Source: Acidimicrobiia bacterium
GTDB lineage: Bacteria; Actinomycetota; Acidimicrobiia; Spongiisociales; ZC4RG35
Direction: 5' to 3'
DNA length: 64,000 nucleotides
NCBI GenBank assembly: GCA_965215185.1
Contig: OZ244034.1
Location: 1,311,569 to 1,375,568 of the forward strand
The notes beneath the pieces are model-generated. The model saw nothing but the letters and a program-made list of their open reading frames with translations. It was not told the DNA's origin and did not search any database. Each line of letters starts with the position of its first letter. Position 1 is the first letter of the stretch. Positions 60,854-64,000 of the stretch are shown piece after piece. The translations under genes and the position numbers were made by a program.

Positions 60854-62588
60854 TGGGGATCTCTCCCAAACGGCGCAGAGCGACTTCCATGATTTCGGAG
60901 AACACGGGTGCGGCCGCCGAACCGCCCGTCCGAGCCTCCGCCCGAGTGGGGCTGTCGATCAACACCAGCACCACCACTTTGGGATCATCGATGGGCGCCA
61001 TTCCGATGAAGGAGGCAATGTTCAGTTCCTGGTCGTATCCGTCAAAGCCCACTTTGGAAGAGGTGCCGGTCTTGCCTCCCACCTTGAACCCCCTGACCGC
61101 CGCGGCTTGACCGGTACCTTTGCTGACCGTATCCGCCATCAAAAAACGCATGATCCGAGCGGTCTCGGGTTGAATCACCCGCCGTTGCGCGATGTCGGTC
61201 ACCAACTGCATCTCGCCATCCACCCTCATCGCCTTCACAAGGTGGGGCTGTATCCACACCCCATCGTTGGCCACCGCCCCGAAGGCCGCGGCCATCTGGA
61301 GTGGAGTGACCGCCAACGAGTAGCCAATCGCCGCCGAAGCGAGACAGGTGCTGCAGCTGGGATCGAGGTTGAGCAGACCCTTCGCCTCCCCTGAGAAGTC
61401 CACTCCGGTGCGACTGCCCAGACCGAAGGCCTCTATGTAGTCGGCCAGCACTCCCTTTGCCAACCGTTCCTGCACCATGATGGTTCCCACATTGGAAGAG
61501 CGCACAAAGATGTCTGCAACTGTCAGGTCTATGGGATCATGGGAGGAAAAGTCCCTATAGCACCCGTAGATGTCGTCATCGGGCTCCTCGCAAGCGTCCG
61601 GGACAACCTCGATCGCATAGGGAACCTGGGGAATCAGGTCCGAAGCCCTCCATGCTCCCGTGTCCAACGCAGCCGAGATGGTCACAACCTTTTGGGTGGA
61701 ACCCGGCTCGTATAGACCGCGGATGGCGAAGTTGGAGAAAGCCGATCCGTCTTCGGATTCTCTGGACTCAGGATCGAAACTGGGCACCCCTCCCAACGCC
61801 AAAATCTCGCCGGTCTCCACGCTCAGCGCCACCGCCCAACACTGCTCTGCCCCGGTGCGGGCCACCCCCGACCGACAGGCTTCCATCAGGCCGTACTGCA
61901 ACAACAGATCCAACGTGGTGACGAGATCAAAACCGCGGACCGATTCGGTTATGTCCCTCAGTCCGGTTGGAATCTGGCGGCCTTTCACATCCTGTTCTAT
62001 CACCGCCCTCCCAGGCCGTCCGGCCAGTTCCTCCTGGTAGCGATACTCCAAACCCTCGATGCCCACCCCATCGACATTGACCATGCCCAACACATGGGAA
62101 GCCACAGAAGACGGATAGATACGTTTGGACTCGGGCTCACTGTAGACACCCGCAAAGCCCAAGTTCATGATCTCTTCGACCACATCCACTTCCAACTGGC
62201 GCTTGATATAGACGAAGTCCTGCCCCGACTGCAGTGCTTCGACCAGTTGATTGACATCCGCTCCCACCCGCGCTCCCACCTGCTGGGCGATCAACACCGG
62301 ATCCTCTATCTCGGAAGGTACAGCAAAGAGGCTGGCGCCCAACACCGTCAGTGCCAGCGCCTCCCCATTGCGGTCGAATATCTCTCCCCGCTCGGGTAAG
62401 ACCTCTCGAATGGAGATGCGCTGCTTCAGCCCGCGTTCAGCCAATGCATCATCGTCCACCACTTGAACGGTGTACATCTTGAACCCCATCACCACCCAGG
62501 CCATCACCAACACTCCACTGATGAGAGCCAGCCTTTTTGCTACCGAACGCGGTGCGGGGGCAGGTGTGGGTACAGGCGAATTCTCCAC
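60837..62588 (-). CDS. ftsI: peptidoglycan D,D-transpeptidase (class B PBP, FtsI-type)
   Basis: N-terminal TM, PBP dimerisation domain, transpeptidase motifs STQK, SSN, KTGT. Confidence 0.9.
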   Translation of the reverse strand: MENSPVPTPAPAPRSVAKRLALISGVLVMAWVVMGFKMYTVQVVDDDALAERGLKQRISIREVLPERGEIFDRNGEALALTVLGASLFAVPSEIEDPVLIAQQVGARVGADVNQLVEALQSGQDFVYIKRQLEVDVVEEIMNLGFAGVYSEPESKRIYPSSVASHVLGMVNVDGVGIEGLEYRYQEELAGRPGRAVIEQDVKGRQIPTGLRDITESVRGFDLVTTLDLLLQYGLMEACRSGVARTGAEQCWAVALSVETGEILALGGVPSFDPESRESEDGSAFSNFAIRGLYEPGSTQKVVTISAALDTGAWRASDLIPQVPYAIEVVPDACEEPDDDIYGCYRDFSSHDPIDLTVADIFVRSSNVGTIMVQERLAKGVLADYIEAFGLGSRTGVDFSGEAKGLLNLDPSCSTCLASAAIGYSLAVTPLQMAAAFGAVANDGVWIQPHLVKAMRVDGEMQLVTDIAQRRVIQPETARIMRFLMADTVSKGTGQAAAVRGFKVGGKTGTSSKVGFDGYDQELNIASFIGMAPIDDPKVVVLVLIDSPTRAEARTGGSAAAPVFSEIMEVALRRLGEIPNETSS

Positions 62589-62591
62589 GGA

Positions 62592-62981
62592 TCATCCAGG
62601 AAGATCGAAGCCCGGGATTGCAGGGGATACCCCCGGTACTTGGATGTGCACCACCTCATCGGGGTAGAACAGTCCCAACGGCTCTGCCAGCGAAGCCACC
62701 CGGTCGGGGTTCTCCAAGCGAGCCACATCCAGGCGAAGCAAGCGGTTTTGAACGGTTTCCTGTTCGATTCGCGTCTGGAGTTCGGCCAACTGGAAGGCAC
62801 CCTCGTCCAACAGAGTGCGACTCCAAACCAACCCCAAGAAGGTGGAGACCACCAGGAGCACAAATGCCATGAGCATCATCAACGCCGTAGAACGCCGGCG
62901 GATCGAACCGGACCCGGCCGAGATCAGTCGCAGCGAAAATCGGTTGCCCGCCGGGACGGTAGGTGCATGCCGGGTTGTCAT
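62592..62981 (-). CDS. ftsL: FtsL-like septum-formation initiator (single-TM coiled-coil protein)
   Basis: TM segment ALMMLMAFVLLVVSTFLGLV followed by a coiled coil. Conserved position between rsmH and ftsI. Confidence 0.7.
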   Translation of the reverse strand: MTTRHAPTVPAGNRFSLRLISAGSGSIRRRSTALMMLMAFVLLVVSTFLGLVWSRTLLDEGAFQLAELQTRIEQETVQNRLLRLDVARLENPDRVASLAEPLGLFYPDEVVHIQVPGVSPAIPGFDLPG

Positions 62982-63895
62982 GAGGCGAGCTTCTCGACCG
63001 CCCGCAGCCGAGCCGAGCGCGCCCGGTTGTTCTGCCTGATCTCATCAGAAGTGGGGCGGTCGGCTCCCCTCGACAACACCCTCAACTTCGCCGTGCGGCC
63101 ACAACCGCACAGCGGCAGGCCGGGTGGGCAGACGCAACCTGATGCGCCTTGGGCGAATCGCTGCTTGACAAGACGATCTTCCAGAGAGTGATACGAGATG
63201 GCAACGCATCGCCCTCCCTCATCCAGTCGCCCCAACGCGGCGTCCAGCCCGGTCTCCACCGCCTCCAACTCCTCATTGACCACCATCCGGATGGCCTGGA
63301 AGGTTCGCCGGGCGGGATGCTTTTTCCGACGGAGAGCGGCGGGAACTGCCCCGGCGATCACCTGAGCAAGTGCGGAGGTGTCGCGCAGCGGACGGTTGGC
63401 GACAATCGCCCGGGCAATCCGACCCGCGGAAGGATCCTCCCCGTAGTCCTTGATGGCGCGGGCCAAACGCGGCTGATCCCAGGTGTTGACCACCTCAGCC
63501 GCCATCACCGCTGAACGCGGATCCATTCTCATGTCCAGAGGTCCGCTCCGGTGATAGGAAAACCCTCGCATCGGATCATCCAGTTGATCCGATGACAAAC
63601 CGAAATCAAACAGAACCCCGCTCACCCGATCCACACCCGCCTGGTCGAGAAGTAGGTCCAAGTCGGCAAAGTTGCCCGATATGAAGTCGAACCCGAGAGC
63701 GACGGCTCGCTGGCCAACCACCGGGTCCCGGTCAATCCCCATGATTTTTACTTGAGATCCGATCACCTTCCGCAATCGCAAACTGTGACCGCCTCCGCCA
63801 AAAGTGGCATCCACCAACGTTCCTTCTCCAATGGGCTTGAAAAGTTCGCACACACGGTCGGCCATGACCGGCTCGTGTCTGACACTATGGCTCAT
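62978..63895 (-). CDS. rsmH: 16S rRNA (cytosine1402-N4)-methyltransferase RsmH (MraW)
   Basis: HEPVMADRV...DATFGGGGHS SAM-binding N-terminus. Conserved first enzymatic gene of the dcw cluster. Confidence 0.9.
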   Translation of the reverse strand: MSHSVRHEPVMADRVCELFKPIGEGTLVDATFGGGGHSLRLRKVIGSQVKIMGIDRDPVVGQRAVALGFDFISGNFADLDLLLDQAGVDRVSGVLFDFGLSSDQLDDPMRGFSYHRSGPLDMRMDPRSAVMAAEVVNTWDQPRLARAIKDYGEDPSAGRIARAIVANRPLRDTSALAQVIAGAVPAALRRKKHPARRTFQAIRMVVNEELEAVETGLDAALGRLDEGGRCVAISYHSLEDRLVKQRFAQGASGCVCPPGLPLCGCGRTAKLRVLSRGADRPTSDEIRQNNRARSARLRAVEKLAS

Positions 63896-64000
63896 AGCCG
63901 GCCCCCCGAAGATCGGCGCCTAATGGAAGCGGGCGGATTGGGGCCTTCTTTAGCTCCAGGGAGCCGGCTATGAGCCATAGTTGTTCGGTCCGTCATTCAT

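Overview
High-GC chromosomal window, probably actinobacterial, that splits into two parts. Roughly 400–15,400 is an accessory, island-like region of mixed GC content that abuts a tRNA-Glu/tRNA-Gln pair. It carries an excisionase-like HTH gene immediately next to tRNA-Glu, a truncated tyrosine-integrase remnant, and two divergent N-terminal IS110-transposase fragments. It also holds a DUF433 orphan, an AbiEi/AbiEii type IV toxin-antitoxin/abortive-infection pair, a HicB/HicA-like pair, and a membrane-anchored LRV-repeat gene built on a frame-disrupted array of 78-bp tandem repeats. The most interesting item is a same-strand pair of a calcineurin-like metallophosphoesterase and a large RecB-family (TM0106-like) nuclease with PD-(D/E)XK, helix-hairpin-helix (HhH) and RNase-H-like 3'-5' exonuclease domains. 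An 8.5-kb block containing the LRV gene, integrase remnant, nuclease, phosphoesterase and AbiE is bracketed by ~65-bp imperfect direct repeats. From 16 kb onward the window is conserved core genome. It contains an SRPBCC protein, an enoyl-CoA hydratase, a beta-propeller lipoprotein, trpCFBA, and a tightly coupled E1alpha/E1beta/lipoyl-domain-only/SDR/TIM-barrel operon. These are followed by a family-5 substrate-binding protein (apparently frameshifted), a GcvT/YgfZ-like protein, trpE, ccdA, a MATE transporter, nth, a PaaI thioesterase and a tandem ThyX-like protein. Then come dnaE, a rhomboid protease, an RluA-family synthase, lspA, a DksA/TraR-like protein, a DUF167 protein and ileS. The window ends with the division/cell-wall cluster on the minus strand: divIVA, yggT, sepF, yggS, pgeF, ftsZ, ftsQ, murB, murC, murG, ftsW, murD, mraY, murE, ftsI, ftsL and rsmH. 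murF is absent between murE and mraY. Many long antisense ORFs in the six-frame track are high-GC shadow ORFs and are not called.
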